Of a DNA stretch of 64,000 nt, positions 34,801-46,800 are shown piece after piece. Source of the DNA: Saccostrea cucullata (taxonomy: Eukaryota). The notes beneath the pieces are model-generated. The model did no database searches, was not told the origin of the DNA, and saw only the letters and a list, made by a program, of their open reading frames with translations. Location of the stretch: contig NW_026938938.1 of the NCBI RefSeq assembly GCF_032062105.1, positions 744,001-808,000 on the forward strand, given 5' to 3'. The position numbers and the translations under genes are program-made. Position 1 is the first letter of the stretch, and each line of letters opens with the position of its first letter.

Positions 34801-37800
34801 AGTCCATGGTGGATGAGCATCTCTGAGCATTACCAACAGAGGTCAACAGAGGCATTCCTTTGTTAGGACAAAGTTCTGAAAAATCAAGCCATTTAGATAA
34901 ATCAACAGACTGTCAAATGTGTCCTGAAGGATTCCCCTTCTCTAACAATATGTACCTGAGATATACATTGTCAAATTGTGCATGTCTCCCTCCTCCAAAC
35001 TCAGAATTCTTTAAAAAATAAAACAGCAGAAGCATCCCATTTATTCAATAACAGACTTTGTCCTCAAAGGAAAAAATAAAATCAATTCAGGACCTACCCA
35101 TATTATTAATCCTTGTAGGGCAGCAGTACTTGGAGTCCCCTGACCCTTTACATGCATAGTCCCTGGAGCTGCCACATTCTGACAGTAGGACCCCCATACA
35201 AGCTTTAGGCTTCCCATTCTCCATCAGAGGCAAGCTCTTGTTGGGACAGAAATCTGGAAGAATATTCATATTACCCTATACTAAAAATTTTTAAAAAAAA
35301 TCACTTCAAACTCCAGTCAACATTAATTTTTCCCCCTTTTCCCTAATGTTTATTGTAAATGCTTTTTAGTATGCAGAAGTTATTCCAATTATTAATAAAC
35401 ATTGATGAATCAGCTGAAGATTAACTTAGGAAGATTCTGACCTTCCTGTATTGGCGTTGGGCAACAAATCTGGTTCTCACAGGTAGCTGGTTCCCCACAA
35501 TCACTGGCCACCTTACACGTCTTTGTTAAACCATTCACATTCTTGGATGGATCCGCCCCATTTGAACAGGTTTTCACTTCAACGGAAAAACCAATTTTTG
35601 TAATTTTTTATGAATTTTAAACTCAAAGCTAAAGAAGAAATATATGTGCTACCCATTTTCACAAAACGATTATATCTTAATACTGTTACACCCCTCCCTC
35701 TCTTTTCATTTGTTTGTGGATTTATAATATTCAGTGACTGGTATATTTCACCTGGTGCCACTGTAGTGAGTCCTCCCTTTGGACAACAGTGCCCGTTAAT
35801 ACAGCCAAAACTGATGACATCACAATCCGTGTCCATGTTACACGTCTTAGGAACACCGTCAGACATAAGAACATTGTTCTGGTCAGGGCACAGTCCTGGC
35901 CAAAAGAAAGACATAAAAACTTCTCATTACATTTGTTACTTTTCAAAGTTAAAGTAGTTACTATGACTATCAAAATATAAAGAAAAAATGCATTTTGGTA
36001 CATGTAAACCAATTTAGGAACTCTATTGTATCCTTGGATAAAGAAAATGACTTTCAGTCTTTTAAATTTATTTTTTATCTATGCAATGTAGTTTACCATT
36101 CACATGCATAACCAATGAAATAGTACTAGCACCTGCTCATGCAACAGAATACAGAATGTTTAGGGATAAAAACAATTTACAGCACATGCACACCAAAGAC
36201 TTGAAGCATGATAGTATTGAGGAGTACTAAAAACATTGATTTAAAAGACTTTTGCAGAAGCCTACTAAATATGCTAAAACATAAATATTAAAACCAAGTT
36301 TGGTTTCTGAAAAGATAGAACCCAATGTAAATATTCACAGAAAAGTTAGTACATGTATTTGAAATTGTACTATCACCAGACAAAGACTTAATTAAATATA
36401 GAATCAGCCAATGTCACCACGAGAGATGAGAGCAGAACAGGACAAACTGAGGCACCTACAAAGGAGACCCTCTATACTGATATACCTGCAGAAAATTGGC
36501 AATGCCTCTCAAAAAACTCAGACTCAGAATCAGCCACTTTGGTTAAATGACTAGTGTCAGGGTACTTTGTACATTTTCCTGTATTTTGTTGATATACTAC
36601 CCCGATACAATCACTGATTGTATTACGGTCACAGGCTGCCTTACATGCCTCTACTGAAGGCATGGTCCCAGAGGCTACAGACCCTATATAGGTCACTGAG
36701 GTTGCTATATAACGACGGTATACACAAATTGTTCCTGTAATATAACAGTCAAGGCACATTTAACTTCTAAAAAATGTATGTGGTTTATTTCATACTAAAG
36801 CAAGTTTTTGATTGCTTTGACGTGTCAATGCTGTTTTTGTTGTTTTGTTTTTGTTTGTTACTTATCAACATAGTTTAAAAATAAAAACATGCAAAACAAT
36901 GAAATTCAAAAAAAAAAATCAACATCCAATAATATAAGAAAAAAAGTAAATCATGCATAAAATCAATGTGCATAACAATAACTCCATAATCTCCATAAAA
37001 ATCCACACTCCCTTAAAAACATTTGTTTTCTCACTTACCCTCATTTAATCTGGTGGGACAGCAGTAACCATTTTCACAGTGGAAGGTAGAACTAGCGCAT
37101 GTCCCCTCACCATCACACTGCACTTAGTCGTGGATTTGTAGCCATCAACTTTACACTGATATTCTGAGATATCTGAAATCATTTAGAGTTGTCTCCCTTA
37201 ATCTAATCGACAATAAACTCCCTTTCATTTTTTTAACTACAATATTTAAATATTTTTGCTTGGATTTTTAATAATAGTGTTGTAAAATTAAGATTTTCCA
37301 AGACTGCCATTCTGCCACAACTGTTTCATATTTGGATCTTTAACTAACTAAAAACAATTATGGTCAACTAATTTATGAACTGGGTAGGAAATGGGATGAC
37401 TCAACTTTTTTTTATAATTATAAAATAACATTCCGACATCACCTGCATATAGTGTCATGTCTCCCAACTGATTTGATTAACAAAAGCAAGATGATCAACT
37501 TTTAAATTGAGGCAAGCTACTGACAAACAAGCTGCTGTTATGAGGATTTCAGCCACTCCTTTTGAGTCAGCTTTTTGCTAATTTTCTACAGTCATCATAA
37601 TGCCCTTGTTTTTAATTAAATGCAACCTTTCATTTGGTTATATTTTACCAACATGTTACATACCATTTATCAAGTCAATAATTTTTTTTTTTACATAATT
37701 TGGTTACAGGGTACTGATCTATCTACCTGATCAACACATAAGGCTTACATTGGGTGTGACAGGGATGCTAACTCCCCCTAGGCATCTGATCCTACCTCTG

Positions 37801-40800
37801 GTATTTCCAGGGTTTGTGGTTTTGACCTGTTCATGATTTTGTTCATTGGATTTATGAGATTGATCACTGTTTGTGACCTTCACCTTTTACATCTTGGTTG
37901 GTGACATAACATACGACCAGGAGTCCTCATCCTGACCCCTGTTTTTTCATAATTAATGGTGTAAGAAGAGTAAAATAACTATAATCTTTTTTAATAAAAA
38001 AGCTTGGCTGGCCCTTTTATTTTAGATAAATATATAAGCTAAATACATGTACCACCTTTAATTAACCTTGTAGGACAGCAGTAGCCATTTTCACACTGGA
38101 AGGATCCACTGGCACAGTTTCCCTCTTCACATTTGGTTGTGGTGCGGTAATTATCAGCTTTACAGGTGTAATCTACAATTCCTGAAATACAGATATTCTA
38201 ACTCAAATAATGGACAAAAAAACAATAAAAAATTCTTCTTCAAATGTATTGCAAACATTCTTCTTTAGTGGTTATCATATTTTAGCACTTTTCTTAACAA
38301 AATTCCTGTACATGCTAATATGAAATAACAAAACAAAAACATGTTTCAAGACTCATTTTTAAACTTAACACTTGAAGAAATTCTATATTTTATCTTTTCA
38401 CATTGTGATAGTTTCCAATATTAGAACAGAGAGACACAATATATATCAAAGAATATATATAAAATGTAAAATAATGTGGTATCAACCTCAGATAATTACA
38501 GTATATTATGACATGTTTCAGTAATAAAATTACACCACTAAATATTAAAGTTCTTTTTATGGTACTTATTTCCATATGTCTGACATTTTTAATTTGCTCA
38601 TGGATTTTCTTAACATCAGCTAAAATACTGTATACAGGGTTATTTTTGCCTCTTTGCCCTTGCCAACAATTTTTCGCCTTTTAATTTTGCCCTGTCACAA
38701 TTCTGTTTAAGATAACTTAAATTGTGCTATTAAATTCACCCAATTTTTTAATTTGCCCAAATGTGATTAGGGCGAAAATAAAATGGGGGCGAATTTTCCC
38801 TGTATACAGTAGTTGTTTTAGATAGTGCTCACCTGAGCCAGAGTTGACAGGAACATGACAACAGGATCCTTGTAAACACTGCAGACCTGGTGGACAAGCC
38901 TGGCCATTGTTACAGAATGATGTCACCTGGTATCCAACTGGACATTTCTCAACTGTTAGAAAATCAAATTTCACTTCCTTAAATTATATTCCTTTATACA
39001 AGACAGTGAGTCTTCTATATGGGTCTACAGGTAAGGGTCCAATAATCATATTTCATCAATACTTTTGAAAAACTATGGCTTGCTGAATGTGGACTATGAC
39101 TCCAGTTTCAGACATTATACCATCCAAATAGCTTACTTTATAAAGAAAGATTGCAACCTTTAGTGACACTCACAGGATCACTAATTATATAACTGACCCT
39201 ACGACAAAAAAATCTTTTAATGGAAAACAGTGCCTCCTTGAAAAAATGAATGCTTACCTGACATAGGAGGACAGCACCACTGAGTGACAGGGTCACATAT
39301 AGACCCCTGAGAGCAGGTATTGGCATTGGTCCTACACTCTGTAACTGGGACAAAAAGTGGATCATAGGTGCAGCGGGGATTTGCTGTAAAAATAAAGGTA
39401 TGTTTAAAACTACAGTCATGTCAAAGTGTATCACTGCACTTACTGTTCTATGTATACAGCCTCATACTGAAGTTGTACTGTGTCTTAATTTATTGTTCAG
39501 AAAAGGTCTCTCTTGTACTAATTTATGAACATTGGCATTTAAAGACAGTTAATACACTAAAGAGCAGTTGATCCAAATGGTGTCAGTTTACATGAAAAAA
39601 AAAATTGAATAAAACTTGAAGAAAATCATTTTAATACATGGTCCATGTATTCTTATCCCCGATAACCAACAAAAATTCTTGACTTACTGTCTCTTTTCTT
39701 TCTTGTTGTCAAACCTTCAAAACAAAATAAAAAAAATAATATCTTTATACCTAAAAATCAATACTTTTAGAACAAATTGAGATACCCTAAAACACTCTTA
39801 AATTGAACACACTCATAATGAACTGATGCTTAGAGGGAAGTGATTATAATTCCCTACTTGACTTTAAAATACATTGAAAACTTAATGAACATAAAAAATT
39901 ACATTTATAATGAAGCTAAATCGTCCATCCTTGGCAGTTTGATATAAGCAAGTTTTACTGTACAGAGTTTTACATACTGTTTTTACCAACAGGCCCCATA
40001 CAATGATAACCACACCCATTGGAGCAGCATTTCTGGTCGCCTTGACAACTGTCGTCTGATTGACAGGTCTCCATACAGCGAAGATCTATCGCTGGTAGAC
40101 TGGTGTAGTGTGGACACACACCGGGTTTGGTTGCTGCCATAAAGAATTTAAATTTAATTCTATAAACTTAAAATAAACTCAAAATTAAATTGATCCATTG
40201 AGTTCATTTATGTTTAATAATCATCCAGCATCCCTACCATAACTTGAAATAACACTGTTTTAAATCCAGAATAGTTAACATTTCATGCAGCATTTAAAAT
40301 CAAGAGTGTTTTGAACATCAAAAATGCATACCCCTGGAACAATCTGGATTTCCTCTCACTTCTGTCCCTGGAATTTTTGTTCCATTTTGGAAAACACAAA
40401 AGCACATGCCGTTGTGATCATAACATTGTGTTCTTTCATAATTCCCTTTAGAATCACACCTATATAAAGTTACGATTTTAAAAAGATGTAAATTATTAGG
40501 AATTTAAAGATAAAATACATTGTTCATACGTACAATAAAATACATGATACACATTTTGAATTAAGATATTTTGCTCTGATCTTCCAGTTACTGTAAAAGT
40601 ACTTTTTTGCACGTGGTATTAATTTACGCTTTGTACACGGTCACAAATTTTCCACAGAAATTTGTCCCAGCATACTTAACATAAATGCAAGGCATATAGT
40701 GACAGTCTAAGAAATCCACGTAATTTTCAACCCGCGGATTAAACGGAAATTGAGATTCCACGGAATTATGACCCCATGGAAAAAAAGTATGTCTACAGTA

Positions 40801-43800
40801 ATATAAAGCTTACTGGACTATCAGATGAAAGCTAGACAAAGTTTACTGTGCTGTTATTAGGGGAACTTTGACATAAAATTTCAATTAAAATCAACCTGAC
40901 GTACTGACCTTGGAATAAAGACAGGGTTACAGCTGTCCACCTGAGATAAGACTTGTAGAGAGGCGGCCTCTAGTTCTCTCTGGCACGGGGTCTTCTCTTC
41001 TGTTAAATACAATATACAGTATAACAGAAGAAGTCATCAAAATGACAGTGCTTATTAACAAAACCTTAATGAAGCTGAAATAGTATTGCTTTCCAAAGTT
41101 CTAACTCATTTTAAATTACAAGGTATACATGTACATATAATACCTGGCGGTGAGCAGACATGGATTCCACATTCACTCCTACAGCACAGCTCTGAGGTTG
41201 GACAGTCATTGTCAGTCTTACAGCTAGGGACGTCCATCTGTCCAATACACACACCTCCTAGGTTCTTCAGACTCAATGGACATTTACCTGCCTTTTTAAC
41301 TGCATAAAATATTGTAAATGTATAATATCTTTTGAGCAGATTATAATTTTTGATCTCTTCAAGTAAAATAAAATTATCATTATATATATGATAATCCCTT
41401 AATTAACATTGTATGCAGTAATGATGACACATTGTTATTATGAGATGAAATTTATTTTGACATAAGAACTCTGAATGGCTAAATTATGTTTAATAGGTTT
41501 TTAAAAACAAGCCCTATTTATACATTTAATCAACATGTTTACGGAGTGTACCAGTATTGGCTTACCTGGTTTTTGACAGGTGTGACCACACCCATTAGAA
41601 CAGCACTTTAGATCCGCTCCACAAGAACTGTCATCTGAACACTGCTCAACACATATCCCTACCGTACCGCTGGCCACTGTCGGACAGGATCCTGTAAAAG
41701 TGTACAAGATATTCTATCTATAGTGTCCTGTAAAAGTGTACAAGATATTCTATCAATAGTTTCCTGTAAAAGTGTACAGGATATTCCATCAATAGTTTCC
41801 TGTAAAAGTGTACAGGATATTCTATCTATAGTGTCCTGTAAAAGTGTACAAGATATTCTATCTATAGTGTCCTGTAAAAGTGTACAAGATATTCTATCTA
41901 TAGTGTCCTTTAAAAGTTACAAGATCTTCTATCTATAGTGTCCTGTAAAATTGTACAGGATATTTTATCTATAGTGTCCTGTAAAATTGTACAGGATATT
42001 CTATCTATAGTGTCCTGTTAAAGTATATAAGATATTCTATCAACAGTACAAGATTCTATTAATAGTGTCTTGTAAAAGTGTACAGGATATTCTATCTATA
42101 GTGTCCTGTAAAATTGTACAAGATATTCTATCAATAGTGTCCTGTAAAGTATACAAGATATTCTATCTATAGTGTCCTGTTAAAGTGTACAAGATATTCT
42201 ATCTATAGTGTACTGTTAAAGTGTACAAGATATTCTATCAACAGTTTCCTGTGAAAGTGTACAGGATATTCTATCTGTAGTCACCTGTAAAGGTGTACAA
42301 GAGTCTATTATTAGTGTCTTGTTAAAGTGTACTAGATATTCTATCAATAGTTTCCTGTAAAAGTATACAGGATATTCTATCTATAGTGTCCTGTAAAGGT
42401 GTACAAGATTCTGTTAACAGTGTCTTGTTAAAGTGTACTAGATATTCTATTAATAGTGTCTTGTTAAAGTGTACAAGATATTCTATCAACAGTATGTGTA
42501 CAGGATATTTATCAATAGTTCCCTGTAAAAGTGTACAGGATATTCTATCTATAGTGTCCTGTAAAGTGTACAAGATATTCTATCAATAGTGTCCTATAAA
42601 AGTTACAAGATATTCTATCTATAGTGCCCTGTAAAATTGTAAAAGATATTCTATCAATAGTGTCCTGTAAAGTGTACAAGATATTCTATCTATAGTGTCC
42701 TGTAAAAGAGTACAGGATATTCTATCTATAGTGCCATGTAAAGGTGTACAAGATTCTATTAATGGTATCTTGTAAAAGTGTACTAGATTCCAATAGTGTC
42801 TTGTTAAAGTGTACTAGATATTCTATCAATAGTGTCCTGTAAAGTGTACAAGATATTCTATCTATAGTGTCCTGTAAAAGTTACAAAATATTCTATCTAT
42901 AGTGTCCTGTAAAAGTTACAAGACATTCTATCAACAGTTTCCTGTAAAGTGTACAAGATACTGTAAACCAACTTTTATTCGCGACGACTTTTTTTCGCGA
43001 TTAACCAGGGATAAACTAGTTTGCGACGATTAATTTTCGCGATCAAGCATTTTTGCATCTGTTTTTAATAGACAAATATACTATAAGGTTTCCTAGTCGC
43101 GATGAAGTGAACTTACGCGAATAAAATATTCTATCTATAGTGTCCTGTAAAAGTGTACAGGATATTCTATCTATAGTGCCATGTAAAGGTGTACAAGATT
43201 CTATAAATGGTGTCTTGTAAAAGTGTACTAGATATCAATAGTGTCTTGTTAAAGTGTACTAGATATTCTATCTATATTCTATATTCTATCGTGTAAAAGT
43301 TACAAGATATATTCTATCTATAGTGTCCTGTAAAAGTTACAAGACATTCTATCAACAGTGTCCTGTAAAGTGTACAAGATATTCTATATATAATGTCCTG
43401 TAAAAGTGTACAGGATATTCTATCTATAGTGCCATGTAAAGGTGTACAAGATTCTATTAATGGTGTCTTGTAAAAGTGTACTAGATATCAATAGTGTCTT
43501 GTTAAAGTGTACTAGATATTCTATCTATAGTGTCCTGTAAAGTGTACAAGATATTCTATCTATAGTGTCCTGTAAAAGTGTACAAGATATTCTATCTATA
43601 GTGTCCTGTAAAAGTTACAATATATATTTTATCAATGTCCTGTAAAGTGTACAAGATATTCTATCTATAGTGTCCTGTAAAGTGTACAAGGCCATTCTAG
43701 TATTATCTACTGACATTTCCTGAACTTTTCATTAATAATAGGAAAATACCAAAGGATTATAAGAAATTGCCAATTTTCAATAATAGTATAGGGAAAATCA

Positions 43801-46800
43801 ATTTATATTAAGCTAGTGAACTAAATCTTGCAACATACATGCATTAACAAAGAATATTTGCCTAGATTTCAAGCAACATTTTATATAAGAGTTGTAAATA
43901 ATTGGAAAATATACAGTTATTGAGAAAGCCACTTTTCTTCAAAGTTTTATAATGGATTAATAACAAACCTCCTTTCCCAAAGGATAGCATTTTGGTTCAT
44001 TACCTTAATTTCTGAATTATTTAAGAATATATACATGTACTAAGAAACAAAGAAATTCTTTCAACTTGAAAGTGACAATTTATTTCACAAAATTTTCCTT
44101 TCAATCCCATCACTTTACTTTTTCCTTCTTTATTGGTTTTGGTCATACCTGGCTTGTTAAATGCTTTAGGACAACATGTTCCCTTGTTACAGAATTCTGC
44201 CACAGAGCAGGATTCATCTGAAGCACAGCTTTTTATCTCAGAAGGGTTTCCACCAGGACATTTGGAATCTAAAATCAATATCATATAGATTATTGTGAAG
44301 TGTGCTTAACTCATGCATACATATTAGAAGGTTGTTAAACAAACCTTAAACACTTGAAAAATTACATATTACCAGTACAATTTATTACAATGTTTTAAAT
44401 TTCCAATATGTCTGAATCAAAAAAAAATCCAAACAAACCAAGAATATCACCTTTATTAATTGCTTTAGGACAACATATTCCTTTATTACAGAATTCTGTC
44501 ACAGAGCAGGACTCATCTGAAGCACAGCTCTTTATCTCAACAGGGTTTCCACCAGGACATTTGGAATCTAAAATTATTACAAATGATACATGAATTCCAA
44601 TGATGAAATACTATTCAAAAATTCAAACTGATCTTATAGAGAGTTTTCAGTAGACCCAAATTAACAAGAGTTATTTCCCGTTGGCCGCCATCTTGGTGGT
44701 CAACCTTGTAATTTTCCCTCTTTGTCCTACCAAATATAAGAGGGTGTTTTAACAGAAATATTTTAGGGGAAATCTTTTTGGAATAAAAATTATGAAATAA
44801 AGGAGGCTCTAACAAATATATATTTTTAAGAAAAACAATGCTTACCACCCAACAATTGCCAGTATAAAGAGTTAAAGTTGCAATTGGTTGAATAATGAAG
44901 GAATATGAGCATGTTGACCCCCAATATGGCAGCCAACGGGAAATAACTCTTGTTAATTTGGGTCTACTGAAAACTATCTATTGCTGACCTTAAATATGAT
45001 TAGATATTGAAGTCTTGAGTGAATTAAAAATGTAATGTAAATGAAATAACTGAAAACATAGGTAATCAAAGATTACGAAGCTCACCTTGACGAATGTTAT
45101 CAGTGTAAGTAATGCAAATCTCATATCATATTTTCTTAATATCTAGTATTTATCCCAACAACAATATTCTTGCAAGTTGTGTTTAACCCCTTACAAGGCA
45201 TATACACATTTCTACGCATGTAGCGTGAAAATCATGTATAGTGTAAACAAATATTCACAACTTTGTTTAATACTGCAGATATCAAGGACTTCAAGTTCAT
45301 TGGGATTAATCTGTTCCCAAAACTATAACCTGGTCTCTTGTTTGGAAAATATAGGTCACATTCAGTATCCGAAGCAAGTCTTGTAGTGTCCATCCCTAGA
45401 TGCAAGTTTGGTTCAGGTAGGGCTTATAGTTACTTGGGAATAAAAATATGGGTCAGATCCAGCAACTGGAGCAAGTCTGGTAGTGTCCATCACTAGATAC
45501 ATCATCCATGCAAGTTTGGTTCAGGTAGGGTTTATAGTTACTTGGGAATGAAAATATAGGTCAGATCCAGCATCCGAAGCAAGTCTGGTAGTGTCCATCC
45601 CTAGATGCATCTGAAGCAAGTCTGGTAGTGTCCATCCCTAGATGCATCTGAAGCAAGTCTGGTAGTGTCCATCACTAGATACATCATCCATGCAAGTTTG
45701 GTTCAGGTAGGGTTTATAGTTACAGTAAAACACGGTTATAGCGAAGTCCTTGGGACCTGTGAATTTAATTCGCTATGTCCGTAATTCGTTATATCCGTAT
45801 AACGAATTCGTATAACCATGTATAGCGAATTCGCAATATGCATGTTTTCCTTCAAGTGTTACTATCAAATATGTTAGGGAAACAAATATTACAAAACATA
45901 CCTTCGATTACTAAGGTTTTATTATGAACTGAATTTTATATACAAATGCTGAGAGAAAATAAAGTCAGTTCAATTATTCAAATTTTGAAATCTTTGAAAG
46001 TTCGTTATAAAAGATGTAAAATTCATTATATTTAACCTCAACGGGAATCAAAATCAGTTCGCTATATCCGTAAATTCGTTATATCCGAGTTCATTATAAC
46101 CGTAAAATTTTACAAAGATTTGTTAATAATTTTGCCGGGGACCAAGAAAAACTTCGCTATATCCGTTAATTCGCTATATCCGTGTTCGTACTAAACGTGT
46201 TTTACTGTACTTGGGAATGAAAATATAGGTCAGATCCAGCATCCGAAGCAAGTCTGGTAGTGTCCATCCCTAGATGCATCTGAAGCAAGACTGGTAATGT
46301 CTATCCCTAGATGCATCATCCATGCAAGTTTGGTTCAGGTAGGTCTTATAGTTCCTTGGGAATGAAAATGTAGGTCAGATCCAGCATCTGAAGCAAGTCT
46401 GGTAGTGTCCATCCCTAGATGCATCATCCGTGCAAGTTTGGTTCAGGTAGGTCTTATAGTTCCTTGGGAATGAAAACGTAGGTCAGATCCAGCATCCGAA
46501 GCAAGTCTGGTAGTGTCCATCCCTAGATGCATCATCCATGCAAGTTTGGTTCGGGTAGGTCTTATAGTTCCTTGGGAATGAATATGTAGGTCAGATCCAG
46601 CATCTGAAGCAAATCTGGTAGTGTCCATCCCTAGATGCATCATCCATGCAAGTTTGGTCCGAGTAGGGCTTATAGTTCCTTGGGAATGGACCTGCTCCAA
46701 AAACTTTAACCTGTTCACTCATCTGGAAAATCTAGGACAGATCCAGCATCCGAAGCAAGTCTGGTAGTGTCCACCCCTAGATGCATCATCCGTGCAAGTT

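Noticed and set aside
41723-42589. ORFs with SCKSVQDILSIV-type repeats
   Set aside because: Translation of the 36-bp intronic minisatellite.
25838-43690. 36-37 bp repeat arrays resembling CRISPR repeats in length
   Set aside because: Head-to-tail with no unique spacers, no cas genes, and a eukaryotic intron context.
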